Assembly: GCA_964595035.1 (NCBI GenBank)
Contig: CAZQNW010000001.1
Location: 1-55,597, forward strand
DNA length: 55,597 nucleotides
Source: an uncultured Pseudomonadota bacterium
GTDB lineage: Bacteria; Babelota; Babeliae; Babelales; Vermiphilaceae
Direction: 5' to 3'
In this document: piece by piece, positions 8,190 to 18,101 of the stretch
Layout: the number at the start of each line of letters is the position of its first letter
How positions within the stretch are numbered: position 1 is the first letter of the stretch
Translations under genes and position numbers: made by a program
The notes under the pieces: generated by a model
The model's database searches: none
The model's input: only the letters and a program-made list of their open reading frames with translations
Told to the model about the DNA's origin: nothing

Positions 8190-8537
8190 TTACAAGAGAT
8201 CTTGCAGCTTCTGTAGTTGCTGCCGAAGAAGTATGAGCTGTTTTTGGTATTCATTAGTGTTTGTGGGTTTTGTGAGTGTTGTTTTTGTAGCAGAAAGAAC
8301 TGTGCCATTGGGTATGCCTATATTGAGCTGTTTTTTTGCCCCTGCAATGGTAAATCCTTTGTTGTAAAGAAGTTCTTTTATAGCAGTGAATTTTTTTAAG
8401 TCATTTTCCGTGTAAAATCTTTGTTGACCTTCTGAGCGTTTTGGTTTGATATTGAACTCTTTTTCCCAAAAGCGAATTACAAATTTCTCTACGCAAAGTT
8501 TTTTTGATAATTCTCCTATGCGAAACTTATTTTCCAT
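8190..8537 (-). CDS. MerR-family transcriptional regulator
   Basis: HTH region FRIGELSKKLCVEKFVIRFWEKEF...RFYTENDLKKFTAIKELL plus a C-terminal coiled coil. ORF track starts at 8579; ATG 8537 is preferred (AAGGAG 7 nt upstream). Confidence 0.8.
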   Translation of the reverse strand: MENKFRIGELSKKLCVEKFVIRFWEKEFNIKPKRSEGQQRFYTENDLKKFTAIKELLYNKGFTIAGAKKQLNIGIPNGTVLSATKTTLTKPTNTNEYQKQLILLRQQLQKLQDLL

Positions 8538-8809
8538 GTTTTTCTCCTTTTCTTTATGTGATTTATTATTGTAAAACATACCTTATCTATTACTTTAACT
8601 TCAAGATTTTGAAACAAGGTTTTGCTATAGATATAGAATAGATAGGTGGATCGATACGCGATAGCATCGTTACTTGATGGCGTAGAGCACAGGTATATAG
8701 CAATTTTTCTGGCATATCGGAGAGTTATTTGTTATCTTATGTAATATAAAATATTACCATGTATGGTTATCATGTTGTTCCTACTGTTTGTAGTAAATAG
8801 GATGTTGTT

Positions 8810-10345
8810 ATGAATATGAGAGAATTCATTGTTCCTTTAATTGTAGCATTAATTGGAACATGGGCTATTCAGTATTTCTTTTTTCCTAAGCAGTCACCTC
8901 AAGGAGGGGTTCGAACTGTTCAGCCCTTTATAGCACCGACAGGTGTTCAGGAGGCTAAGCCGTTGAATACAGAAATTGATTTTATCGATATAAAAAAGGA
9001 TGGATATTCCGAATTTACCGAAGTTGAAACTGAAAACGTAACTTTGGTATTTTCAACTGATGGGGCATCTTTAGATCGGCTTGAATTTAAAAGAAAAACT
9101 GATGGCAAATTCTACACGATAGATACAATATTCCCCGTACAAGAAGTAGAACGGGAAAAGCGCTGTTTTCTTGTCGCTTTTGATCAAAAAACGCCATATT
9201 ATTTTAAGCTGATTAATCGTCAAGAGCTACCAGATGCTACAGTTATTTCATACCAGGCTGAAACTGAAGATGGTATATTGGTTAAAACATTTACCATATA
9301 TAAACAATCGTATAAAATTGACCTTGATATTAAGGTTACCCCTAAAAAAAGCGATAATACAATAGGGAATGTACGCATATTCTTTCCTTCACCATTAATG
9401 CCTGAGTTGGAGAATACCGATGTTATCTCGGCAATTGTTGCAGGAGATCAGGGAGCTATAAAAGCAACTCTGCGTTCTAAGATTAATATTAATCAAGGGT
9501 GGATATTACCAACACTTTTTGGAACACAATCGCGTTATTTTGTCCATGCGATGGTACAAGATTCACAGTCATTTTGCCAGCGCGCATATTATAAACTTTT
9601 TGATAAAACTCGCATGACTTCAATTTTAGAAGGTCCAAAGGTTGAAAAAGAATCATCATGGAAACTTTCTTTTTATTTTGGACCAAAAGAGTTGCAAGCT
9701 TTAGTTAAAGTAGATCCGCGTCTAGAATCACTTGATTACTCAGGTTTGTTAGGACCTATTGCTAAATGGTTTATGCTGTTAATGAAGTGGCTTTACTCGT
9801 TTTTACATAATTATGGATTGGTCATTATTGCTTTAGCTATTTGCGTAAAACTTGTCCTGTTGCCATTGAGTATTAAAGCCGAAGCAGGTAATAAAAAACA
9901 AGTGGAGTTACAGAAAAAGATTCAATATATTAAACACCGCTATAAAGATGATCCTGAACGCTCTAAGCAAGAGCAAGCTGAGCTTATCGCTAAACATGGA
10001 ATGCCGGGTCTTTCAGGATGTCTGCCATTGTTGTTGCAATTACCAATATTCTATGCTTTAAGCCGTGTTTTATCAGGATCTATAGATCTTTATCATGCCT
10101 CGTTCTTGTGGATACCCGATCTTGCGGTACGAGATCCTTGGTATATATTACCAATTTTGACGTCACTTTCTATGATTGGAATGATGAGATCAACCGGAGA
10201 TTCACGCCAACAGATATCATCAATAGTAATGGCTATTTTTATAGGTATTGTGTCGTTGAATTTATCATCCGGACTTGCATTATATATATTTGTAACTACA
10301 TTCCTTGGCGTTGTGCAAACCTTTATTCAAAAGCGATTTGCTTAG
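8810..10345 (+). CDS. yidC: Membrane protein insertase YidC
   Basis: 511 aa; N-terminal TM, large periplasmic domain, C-terminal 60-kDa insertase core (LLPLSIKAE..., GCLPLLLQLPIFYALSRVL). Confidence 0.9.
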   Translation: MNMREFIVPLIVALIGTWAIQYFFFPKQSPQGGVRTVQPFIAPTGVQEAKPLNTEIDFIDIKKDGYSEFTEVETENVTLVFSTDGASLDRLEFKRKTDGKFYTIDTIFPVQEVEREKRCFLVAFDQKTPYYFKLINRQELPDATVISYQAETEDGILVKTFTIYKQSYKIDLDIKVTPKKSDNTIGNVRIFFPSPLMPELENTDVISAIVAGDQGAIKATLRSKININQGWILPTLFGTQSRYFVHAMVQDSQSFCQRAYYKLFDKTRMTSILEGPKVEKESSWKLSFYFGPKELQALVKVDPRLESLDYSGLLGPIAKWFMLLMKWLYSFLHNYGLVIIALAICVKLVLLPLSIKAEAGNKKQVELQKKIQYIKHRYKDDPERSKQEQAELIAKHGMPGLSGCLPLLLQLPIFYALSRVLSGSIDLYHASFLWIPDLAVRDPWYILPILTSLSMIGMMRSTGDSRQQISSIVMAIFIGIVSLNLSSGLALYIFVTTFLGVVQTFIQKRFA

Positions 10346-10355
10346 TAGGGTAGGT

Positions 10356-10958
10356 ATGTTTGAAGAGGTGCCTAGCCTTGTACAGTTGCTTAAAAGTTTG
10401 CAACAGGTCCCGTGCCTTGCGTCGAAGAATGTGTATCGAGTAGCAACTCACTTTTTACATATGGATGAAGAGCAGCTTAAGCAGTTCTGTGCGATTTTGT
10501 TGAATGCAAAGAAACAGGTACGGCATTGCCCTATCTGTTTCTCTTGGCAAGAAGCTGATAGAGGGTGTCCTTTATGTTCTTCGTCAAAGCGTGATCAACA
10601 GGTTGTTTGTGTTGTTGAGTCCTGGCATGAATTATTATCTATAGAAAAAACAGGTGGATATGCCGGTGTATACCACGTGCTCGGTGGAGTTATTTGTCCG
10701 CTTGATGGTATAGGGCCCGATGATTTGACGATTGAGCCTTTACTGAAAAGAATAGTAGAGTTCAAGGTAAAGGAAGTGATATTTGCAATGAACCAGACTC
10801 CTGAGGGTGAAGCAACTGCTGCATACATAGCCCGCAAGCTTAAAGACTTTGGCGTAACTACTACATGTTTAGCTCGGGGAATTCCTGTTGGATCGTCATT
10901 AGAATATATGGACAGATTGACTCTATTCAAGGCATTGTCTGAGCGACGTCCTTTCTAG
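10356..10958 (+). CDS. recR: Recombination protein RecR
   Basis: ATG 10356 gives MFEEVPSLVQLLKSLQQVPCLASKNVYRVATHFL; Cys4 Zn finger CPICFSW...CPLC; Toprim segment VCVVESWHELLSIEKTGGYAGVYHVLGG. Confidence 0.92.
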   Translation: MFEEVPSLVQLLKSLQQVPCLASKNVYRVATHFLHMDEEQLKQFCAILLNAKKQVRHCPICFSWQEADRGCPLCSSSKRDQQVVCVVESWHELLSIEKTGGYAGVYHVLGGVICPLDGIGPDDLTIEPLLKRIVEFKVKEVIFAMNQTPEGEATAAYIARKLKDFGVTTTCLARGIPVGSSLEYMDRLTLFKALSERRPF

Positions 10959-10969
10959 AAGGGTTTAAA

Positions 10970-12313
10970 ATGTTTGATATCGATACACATAACGATTTTT
11001 CTATTTTTTCGCAAAGAATTAATAAATTACTCGAGAAAATTTCTAAAGAATACGGCCATGTTAAACATGGTTGTATACTGTTGGCAGCATCCTTTGAAAA
11101 TAGTAGGATTCCCTTTAGACAGGATAGTACCTTTTACTATTATACCGGTATTAATGAGCCCGGTGTTGTATTGTTGGTTGATCTTGATAATACGCGCACT
11201 CTCATGGTACCACAGTATGCCGGTAATCGTTCAAGTTGGATTTCATCGCAATTAGCCTCTATAGTGGATGATCCGGATTCTTTTGGTATTGATGATATTG
11301 AAAAACTTGGCGCCGAGATTCCTGGATACCAGATGTCACCTTGGATGAGTAATGAAGCTTATTCAGGGCTAATTCAGGTTGTTAATGATTATATTGAGCA
11401 TGATGGAACAATCTTTGTTATGGGTAACAAGATGTCTGGTGTTTTAACTGATAGTTATACCGTGTTCCAGCGTTTAAATTGCTCTGTGCCTAACTTTAAT
11501 GAACATTGTGTCGATATATCCCACTTGGTTGCTCAGATGCGTCGCTCTAAAGATATGTCTGAAATTGAGCACTTGTTTGCGGCAGTTGAACTTTCTGTGT
11601 TGGCCCATGAGGCAGCGGCCCAAGCTATAGCTCCCGATGTACTGGAATGTGAAGTCCAAGCTCAAGTTGAATATATATGTACGGCAGGCAATGCTCGTAT
11701 TGCATTTCCGACAATTGTAGCAAGTGGGCAATCATCAACTGTGTTGCATCACGAGCCTACTAAGGATCCATTAGTTGCTGGTGATGTAGTTATTGTTGAT
11801 TGTGGTGCCGAATTGAATAGATATTGCGGCGATTTGTCTCGAACGTACCCGGTTTCGGGCACATTTAATGCAAGACAAAAAGAACTTTATAATCTTGTAC
11901 TTGAACTTCAAACTTATATTTCATCTTTAGTAAAGCCTGGTTTTTGGTTTACTAATAATGAGGAGCAAGAAAAGTCACTTAATCATCTAGCAAGGAAATT
12001 TTTGCATGAACGTGGTGGCTATGATCTGTATTTTACTCATGGCATAGGTCATTTTTTAGGTCTTGATGTACATGATATAGGCGACGTTAGCGTTCCTCTT
12101 GCGGAAGGTGATGTTTTTACTATCGAACCAGGGTTATATCTGCCTGATGAAAAAATTGGCATTAGGATAGAAGACGATTTTTGGCTTACAAAAAACGGTG
12201 CAATTTGCTTAAGCGAGGCTTTGCCAAGAAAGCCAGAAGAAATTGAACTGTTTATGAGGGCTCAATTTTCATATCACGAAGAACAAGACCCAACAGATAG
12301 TAGTATCTCTTAG
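10970..12313 (+). CDS. pepP: Xaa-Pro aminopeptidase (M24B family)
   Basis: 447 aa; creatinase-like N-domain plus pita-bread metal ligand motifs DCGAE..., HGIGHFLGLDVHD, EPGLY, IRIEDD. Confidence 0.8.
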   Translation: MFDIDTHNDFSIFSQRINKLLEKISKEYGHVKHGCILLAASFENSRIPFRQDSTFYYYTGINEPGVVLLVDLDNTRTLMVPQYAGNRSSWISSQLASIVDDPDSFGIDDIEKLGAEIPGYQMSPWMSNEAYSGLIQVVNDYIEHDGTIFVMGNKMSGVLTDSYTVFQRLNCSVPNFNEHCVDISHLVAQMRRSKDMSEIEHLFAAVELSVLAHEAAAQAIAPDVLECEVQAQVEYICTAGNARIAFPTIVASGQSSTVLHHEPTKDPLVAGDVVIVDCGAELNRYCGDLSRTYPVSGTFNARQKELYNLVLELQTYISSLVKPGFWFTNNEEQEKSLNHLARKFLHERGGYDLYFTHGIGHFLGLDVHDIGDVSVPLAEGDVFTIEPGLYLPDEKIGIRIEDDFWLTKNGAICLSEALPRKPEEIELFMRAQFSYHEEQDPTDSSIS

Positions 12314-12705
12314 CGTGCGCTTCGTGTAAATAAAGCGAGTAGTTTAGGGCCATATCTATGAAGAAGTCCTGCTGTAACAAAAGCGCATCCAGATATTAGG
12401 TAGCGCAAAGCTGCTCTCTTTCTTGCTTGAGTAATAGCAGTTCTGTCTGTTGCAGATGGAAAAGGCTGAATTGATTCAGGAAAATTTGTTTCTGCCTGAG
12501 CCCAATTATGAGAAGCTTTATAAAGAAGAGAAATGCCTGCGGTGAACGATAATGTTTGACATATATTGCCTACGGAAATTTTGTCTAGTACGGTTTCGAG
12601 TGTAAATTTTGTAGGTATATAAAAACCTTGGCGAATGTCCATGCTTTTTGTGTTAAAAGTAATGGATGTAGTTATTGCCAGTCCTAAAAGTATATATTTA
12701 TTCAT
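12310..12705 (-). CDS. Hypothetical small exported/membrane protein
   Basis: 131 aa; N-terminal hydrophobic signal (MNKYILLGLAITTS) and C-terminal hydrophobic segment; no family recognised; 4-nt convergent overlap with pepP. Confidence 0.5.
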   Translation of the reverse strand: MNKYILLGLAITTSITFNTKSMDIRQGFYIPTKFTLETVLDKISVGNICQTLSFTAGISLLYKASHNWAQAETNFPESIQPFPSATDRTAITQARKRAALRYLISGCAFVTAGLLHRYGPKLLALFTRSAR

Positions 12706-12773
12706 AACGACCTCTTTAGAGTATTGTGACTTTCTATAGTAAGTTTGTCTTTATTTTGTACATTTGCAAATGG

Positions 12774-13178
12774 TTATCTCCCAAAAATGTAGTGAGTTAT
12801 AGATGAGCTATATAAGGCTGCTAATGATCCACAGACTATAAAAGCTAAGCTTATGAGGCATTGGACAAACCCGTTTAAGCGACCAACGCGCTTGCCTGTT
12901 GGACTATATGCATTGCCGCATATACAATAGGTTAATCCTTTAACAAAGAAATATAGGCCTTGTGAAACCATAATAAAACCTATGATGGCTAAAGCCATTT
13001 GTTTTGTAGGAAATGTTTCAACTGATTTAGCTAATATTTCTGCGGCTTCTTTTATAACGCCTATACCATTAAGCTCAAGTTCGGTCTTGCCTCCAAAGAG
13101 TGCGTTTAAATGACTAGCCCATGTTCCACATGTAATGATAGCTAATCCGGAGATAATTTTTGAACGTATAGTTGTCAT
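12774..13178 (-). CDS. Hypothetical small membrane protein
   Basis: 134 aa; three hydrophobic segments; no family recognised. Confidence 0.5.
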   Translation of the reverse strand: MTTIRSKIISGLAIITCGTWASHLNALFGGKTELELNGIGVIKEAAEILAKSVETFPTKQMALAIIGFIMVSQGLYFFVKGLTYCICGNAYSPTGKRVGRLNGFVQCLISLAFIVCGSLAALYSSSITHYIFGR

Positions 13179-13282
13179 TGCTATTCCTTTATAAATACAT
13201 GTTCCTATAATAAATAAAAAACTTATCTATGATATTGTATATTATTTTAAAATAATTTTCAACTAGGGCATTATTTATGGTA

Positions 13283-14935
13283 TTATTTTGCGCGGTTTAC
13301 TTGTGCCATGATATTAATTGCTGCAAGAAGCGCAACATTAATGACGATGCCCGAAATCAGTGAACATACCAATGTGTGAGCATGTGAAATATTATGTGTA
13401 ACACAAAGGCCACTTATGAGAAAAGCACAAGCAGCGGCGATGAATGCAGGGAAATTATAGGGAATCTGAGTTCGAGCGTGGGTAAGAGGGTCGATTCCGG
13501 TACTTGTTGCTGCCATGAGTGTTGTCTGTGATATTGGTGAAATTTGATCACCGCATGCAGCTCCTGAAAAAATTGCTCCCAACCCTGGCAAGAGGAGTGG
13601 TATGAGCGAAGGTGTTGTTGGCAAACAGGTGTTGGCAAATGCAATCATCATAGGAACTGCCATAGGAAGAAGGAGTGCTATTGTTCCCCAAGAAGTACCC
13701 ATGAGAAATGCGGTGGCGGATGCAACTATGAAGAAAATGAAAGGAACGAGACTTGGAGGGAGTGCATTTCCTAATACGTGGGCCAGATATGTTCCTGTGT
13801 GTAGATCTTGGTATACTATTGTACTTAATATTGTCGCTAATATGAGCATGATGATTGCAGGGAACATCATGTGTATTCCTGCCATGATAATTTTAGGCAG
13901 GTCTTGCAGAGTTATTTTATGACGAGGTAATGCCAGGAGTAATGCGCTGACTAAACACATGCACCCTGCGATGCAAATAGCCAAAAATGATTTGTCAGTA
14001 TTTTTGAATGCGTTAATAAAAGAATTAGATCCACCGAATATATGGTACCCTCCTGTATATAAGAGAGTCGTTATAAAAGTGATTATTAGTATGCATAATG
14101 GTATACAAAAATCAATTAAAGAGGGTTTTTGTGAAATCCGGTCTCTAGCCGGTGATGTTGCTGCTGGGTCCGCTTGTAATTGAGTGGATTTTTTCCCGAA
14201 TAGGTTACCGGTTGTAGAAGCAATACGTTCTAAGGTGTGCATAGGTCCGAATGAAATCCTGTATCTGACAATAAGAATGACTGATATTAAAGCGAGAAAT
14301 GAATAAAATATAAAAGGAATAGTATTTAAGAATACTATGTAAGGATCGGCTATAATTTTAAGATCAGGTGTATACATTTGTTGTGCTTCATGTAGTGTCA
14401 TTATTCCTGCGTTACTTAATTGTCCTGTTAGCATTGCTACCCAACTTGAAATAGGCATTATCATGATTAAAGGGATGGAAATGCTATGGACAAGGTATGC
14501 GAGTTTTGCCCGTGGAATGCGAAAAGCATCTGTTATTGGGCTCATTACGTATCCGACGGTGAGGTTGCTCAGATAGTCGTCCACAAAAAGTATAGCTGAA
14601 ACAAGTAAGGATGAAGTTTCTGCTGCTTTCTTAGATCGAATATGCTTGGTAAATGTATGAGCAAATGCAAGAGCCCCACCAGTTTTTTCTAATAAAGTGA
14701 TGAATATCCCAATGAGGAGCAAAAAAATATAAAGATATAAATAGTCTATGTCTTTAATTTGATGTATAGATCTGCTTGCTGTGAGGTTAAGAGCAGGCCA
14801 TAAAGCTCCCTCGGTTGCGATAAAAGCAGCAGTTAAAATACTTATGATAAAGGCTATATTGAGTCGTTTTGTTAAAATGGTAGTAAGAATTACTAAAACA
14901 GGTGGTAATAATACGATCCACGTCGGATTAGCCAT
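13283..14935 (-). CDS. nhaC: Na+/H+ antiporter NhaC-family transporter
   Basis: 550 aa, polytopic (more than 10 hydrophobic helices); overall pattern resembles the NhaC/C4-antiporter family. Family call is by recognition only. Confidence 0.7.
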   Translation of the reverse strand: MANPTWIVLLPPVLVILTTILTKRLNIAFIISILTAAFIATEGALWPALNLTASRSIHQIKDIDYLYLYIFLLLIGIFITLLEKTGGALAFAHTFTKHIRSKKAAETSSLLVSAILFVDDYLSNLTVGYVMSPITDAFRIPRAKLAYLVHSISIPLIMIMPISSWVAMLTGQLSNAGIMTLHEAQQMYTPDLKIIADPYIVFLNTIPFIFYSFLALISVILIVRYRISFGPMHTLERIASTTGNLFGKKSTQLQADPAATSPARDRISQKPSLIDFCIPLCILIITFITTLLYTGGYHIFGGSNSFINAFKNTDKSFLAICIAGCMCLVSALLLALPRHKITLQDLPKIIMAGIHMMFPAIIMLILATILSTIVYQDLHTGTYLAHVLGNALPPSLVPFIFFIVASATAFLMGTSWGTIALLLPMAVPMMIAFANTCLPTTPSLIPLLLPGLGAIFSGAACGDQISPISQTTLMAATSTGIDPLTHARTQIPYNFPAFIAAACAFLISGLCVTHNISHAHTLVCSLISGIVINVALLAAINIMAQVNRAK

Positions 14936-15046
14936 GCTTTCCTTATTAATTGGGCATTGTAACAGTTTAAATTATTTCAGATGTATAGTATTGCATACTC
15001 CAAAAATGTTCGCTATATATTTGAGTTAATTATACATATTTTTGAT

Positions 15047-15075
15047 TTGACCAGTTGAGTTTTTATATATAAAAT
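15047..15075 (+). promoter_or_regulatory. Candidate promoter for rplM
   Basis: TTGACC (15047-15052), 17-nt spacer, TAAAAT (15070-15075); about 65 nt upstream of rplM. Confidence 0.35.
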
Positions 15076-15139
15076 AACAGTATGCCCGTTCGAATAAACT
15101 GTTTTTTAACCAATTTATGGATATATGTAAAGGTCTGTA

Positions 15140-15718
15140 ATGGATATGAATAAAGCATTCTATCTACATAAAGAAGATAGAAATCCGCAGTGGCGCTTAA
15201 TCGATGCCAACGGAATTATATTAGGAAGATTGGCTACAAAGGTTGCCAATGCACTTCGAGGCAAAGATAAGCCTTTTTATACTCCACATGATGATGCGGG
15301 TGATTATGTTGTTGTTATTAATGCCGATAAAGTAAAGCTTTCCGGGGATAAATGGGAAGGCAAAGAATATGCTCGCTACACAGGATGGATTGGTGGTTAT
15401 AAAGTAACGAAAGCCAAAGATTTATTATTGAAGCATCCAACCCAACTTGTTGAATTAGCTGTTCGTGGAATGCTCCCTAAGAATAAGTTGAGTAAAGAAG
15501 TTATCAAAAAGCTTAAAGTCTATGCCGGTTCTGAGCATCCGCATCAAGCTCAGATTGAAACAAGTAAGCGTAATCAATCTGAGAGTATAAGACCTGTTCG
15601 TAAGGTTGCCAAAGGTAACGAAATCAAAGCTGCAAAAGCCGTTGTTTCCAAAAAAGTTGCTCCTAAAAAGGTTGGACAAGCAACAGCTCCAAAGAGCAGA
15701 AAGCCTAAAAAAAGTTAA
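15140..15718 (+). CDS. rplM: 50S ribosomal protein L13 with a ~50-aa Lys/Ala-rich C-terminal extension
   Basis: 192 aa. L13 core (WRLIDANGIILGRLATKVANALRGKDKPFYTPHDDAGDYVVVINADKV ... HPHQAQ), then tail KVAKGNEIKAAKAVVSKKVAPKKVGQATAPKSRKPKKS. Confidence 0.93.
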   Translation: MDMNKAFYLHKEDRNPQWRLIDANGIILGRLATKVANALRGKDKPFYTPHDDAGDYVVVINADKVKLSGDKWEGKEYARYTGWIGGYKVTKAKDLLLKHPTQLVELAVRGMLPKNKLSKEVIKKLKVYAGSEHPHQAQIETSKRNQSESIRPVRKVAKGNEIKAAKAVVSKKVAPKKVGQATAPKSRKPKKS

Positions 15719-15741
15719 ATTGATTCTTTAAGTATAAAAAA

Positions 15742-15762
15742 AACCAGGTTTTTAACCTGGTT
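15742..15762. terminator. Bidirectional hairpin terminator between rplM and rseP
   Basis: aaccaggtt / aacctggtt palindrome with an A-run upstream and a T-run downstream; lies between convergent genes. Confidence 0.75.
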
Positions 15763-15786
15763 TTTTTATGCCTGAAAATATGCGAT

Positions 15787-16917
15787 TTATTTTGGAATGT
15801 ATTGTGTAATGATGCGCCAAATGTCTTTTATGGTAACGTAGATAAATAAGAACATGATGAGCCCCCATGATGTTAAATTAATTACGAGCCTTGCTTTATC
15901 CGGCAAGGATTTGCCTATAATTGCTTCAATGCCATAGATCATTATTTGCCCACCATCGAAAATTGGCAGTGGAATGAGATTGAGTATAGCTAAATTTATA
16001 CTAATAATAGCTAAAAATAATAAAAAGACCTTGAACCCTTTTGAAGCGCCTTGTGCGGTTGCTTTAATAATCATAACGGGACCGCCTACATTACTCATGT
16101 CTCGTTTAGCGAAAATGTATTTAAACATACATATTGTTGCTACTATATAATGGTTGGTTAGTTCGATGCCGCGTTGTATTGCTTTGATAAATGGTATGCC
16201 CGGAACTGCTACCATTGCGAATGAGGTTCCTAGGTAACCGATAGTTTTTCCGAATGCTGATTTTGTTTCTAATGGCACATGAAGAAGTATTTGTTCGCCA
16301 TTTCTTTCTATGAGGAAAGATATGGTTTTCCCACCATTATCTCGTAAAATACCTAATAATTTTTCGGTGTTGCCGTTTAATGCAGTTTCATTGGCCGCAA
16401 TTATAAGATCACCGATTTTAAGTCCTGCTTTATCTGCAGGAGATCCTGTTTCTATTGTCTCAATTTTTGGAATGGCATTAATAGGGTAGAGAAATTCTGA
16501 TTTTGGGAGTCCACACGCGAATACGTATACCATAACGAGGTAAGCAAAGATGAAATTGAATAAAATCCCTCCAGACATAATGAGGAATTTTTGATAAAAA
16601 GGGCGTACTGCGAATGATCCTGCATCGCGTGCGAAGGCCTCTTTTTGTTCGCCTTGACCTACTTCGGCGCTACCGGCTATTTCAACATAGCCACCGAAAG
16701 GAATGGTGGATATAGAAAATTCCGTTTGTCCTATTTTTTTTGAAATTAATTTTGGTCCAAATCCTATGGAGAACGACGGGGTTCTAACGCCAAAGATTTT
16801 GCACATAATGAAATGCCCACATTCATGGATAAAAATTAAAAGTGTTATTCCGAGGATACCTGCTATACCCAAAAATAAACCCTGAGAACTTATGAATAAA
16901 TTCCTAAAAACTTCCAT
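15787..16917 (-). CDS. rseP: RIP metalloprotease RseP (site-2 protease, M50 family)
   Basis: 376 aa; HECGHFIMCKIFG (HExxH) in TM1, PDZ-like segment (GSPADKAGLKIGDLIIA), C-terminal NLIPLPIFDGG motif. Confidence 0.9.
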   Translation of the reverse strand: MEVFRNLFISSQGLFLGIAGILGITLLIFIHECGHFIMCKIFGVRTPSFSIGFGPKLISKKIGQTEFSISTIPFGGYVEIAGSAEVGQGEQKEAFARDAGSFAVRPFYQKFLIMSGGILFNFIFAYLVMVYVFACGLPKSEFLYPINAIPKIETIETGSPADKAGLKIGDLIIAANETALNGNTEKLLGILRDNGGKTISFLIERNGEQILLHVPLETKSAFGKTIGYLGTSFAMVAVPGIPFIKAIQRGIELTNHYIVATICMFKYIFAKRDMSNVGGPVMIIKATAQGASKGFKVFLLFLAIISINLAILNLIPLPIFDGGQIMIYGIEAIIGKSLPDKARLVINLTSWGLIMFLFIYVTIKDIWRIITQYIPK

Positions 16918-17204
16918 AGTGCCCCTTACTTAAAATGTATTGTAAATTGTTATGAAAAACTCTTAACCTTGCTACTATAAAACTATCATGAAGTTGCTGC
17001 TAAGTCTATGGATCGTGTTTATCGTGCACATGAGGACCAATTCGTTGCAGTTAAGATACTTTATCATGATTATTTTCTTGAAAAAAATCGCAAAAAGGGT
17101 AAAATACTAATAAAATCTTTGCACAATGTAGTCCACATTGTGGCAAAAAAAGCTGCAAAGATCGTTGTATTAACGTGTTACCTTTATTAAGGGATTTTTT
17201 TATT

Positions 17205-17582
17205 ATGCCAACGATAAACCAACTATGTCGCTTTGGAAGAAGGCGCATAAAAGCCAAGACTAAAAGTCCTGCGCTCAAATCATGCCCCCAGGTTCGTGGA
17301 GTATGTACCCGTGTTTTTACAACAACTCCTAAAAAGCCAAATTCAGCTTTACGTAAGGTAGCTCGTGTAAAGTTGTCTACGGGCATTGAAGTAACTGCGT
17401 ATATTCCTGGTGAAGGACATAATTTGCAAGAACACTCCGTTGTGCTTGTTCGTGGTGGTAGGGTGCCTGACTTACCAGGTGTTCGTTATCACATCGTTCG
17501 TGGAACATTGGATGCAGCTGGGGTTGAAAAGAGAAGGCAGGCGCGTTCTATGTATGGCGCTAAAAAGCCAAAGAACACTTAA
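17205..17582 (+). CDS. rpsL: 30S ribosomal protein S12
   Basis: ATG 17205 gives [14 protein letters not shown]...; [14 protein letters not shown] motif. Confidence 0.96.
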   Translation: MPTINQLCRFGRRRIKAKTKSPALKSCPQVRGVCTRVFTTTPKKPNSALRKVARVKLSTGIEVTAYIPGEGHNLQEHSVVLVRGGRVPDLPGVRYHIVRGTLDAAGVEKRRQARSMYGAKKPKNT

Positions 17583-17604
17583 AAATTTTTAAGAGGAAAT
17601 TACT

Positions 17605-18090
17605 ATGCCAAGGCGTAAACGAGAAGGCCTGAAAAAAAGAGAAATAGGAGTTGATCCTATTTATGGGTCAGAATTGGTCCAGAAGTTTATTAATGTCGTC
17701 ATGGAGCGAGGTAAGAAAAACCTTGCCCGAAGGATTGTTTATGACGCATTGCAAATTATGGGGGAAAAGGTTGGTGGTAATAAAGAAAAAACTTTAGAAT
17801 TATTTAGTCACTCCTTTGAGCAAATTATGCCTTTGATTGAAGTAAGGCCGCGTCGTGTAGGTGGTAGCGTCTATCAAATTCCTGTCGAGGTTGGGTATCA
17901 TAGAGGCCGGGCGTTGGCGATGAGGTGGGTAATTGATGCTGCGTCAAGTCGCACTGACAAAACAATGGGAATGAGGCTTGCTCGTGAATTAATGGAAGCT
18001 GCAGAGGGACGTGGAAATGCCGTTAAGAAAAAATTGGATGTCCACAGAATGGCTGAGGCTAATAGAGCATTTTCCCACTATGCGTGGTAA
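17605..18090 (+). CDS. rpsG: 30S ribosomal protein S7
   Basis: 161 aa; MPRRKRE..., [22 protein letters not shown], ...[10 protein letters not shown]. Confidence 0.96.
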   Translation: MPRRKREGLKKREIGVDPIYGSELVQKFINVVMERGKKNLARRIVYDALQIMGEKVGGNKEKTLELFSHSFEQIMPLIEVRPRRVGGSVYQIPVEVGYHRGRALAMRWVIDAASSRTDKTMGMRLARELMEAAEGRGNAVKKKLDVHRMAEANRAFSHYAW

Positions 18091-18101
18091 ATGGGGTTGA
18101 G

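Noticed and set aside
8580-8809. About 230-270 nt merR/yidC divergent intergenic region, checked for rpmH/rnpA/yidD-type small ORFs or a structured ncRNA.
   Set aside because: No L34-like or other convincing small ORF was found, and there is no obvious conserved RNA motif. It contains only scattered short ATAGAT-type repeats.
15075-15107. Weak hairpin (aacagt-N16-actgtt) followed by a T-run in the rplM leader; considered as an L13 autoregulatory leader or attenuator.
   Set aside because: The stem is only 6 bp with a 16-nt loop. I cannot match it to a known L13 leader structure by eye.
17122-17142. 8-bp inverted repeat cacaatgt-N5-acattgtg, 63 nt upstream of rpsL.
   Set aside because: It could be an operator or leader hairpin, but it has no U-tract and no supporting context. 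A single short hairpin in AT-rich DNA is not enough to call a feature.
17008-17386. ORFs 17008-17190 (+) and 17051-17386 (-) in the rseP/rpsL divergent region.
   Set aside because: They have no recognisable motifs, they overlap each other and rpsL, and the region is more plausibly promoter or leader DNA.
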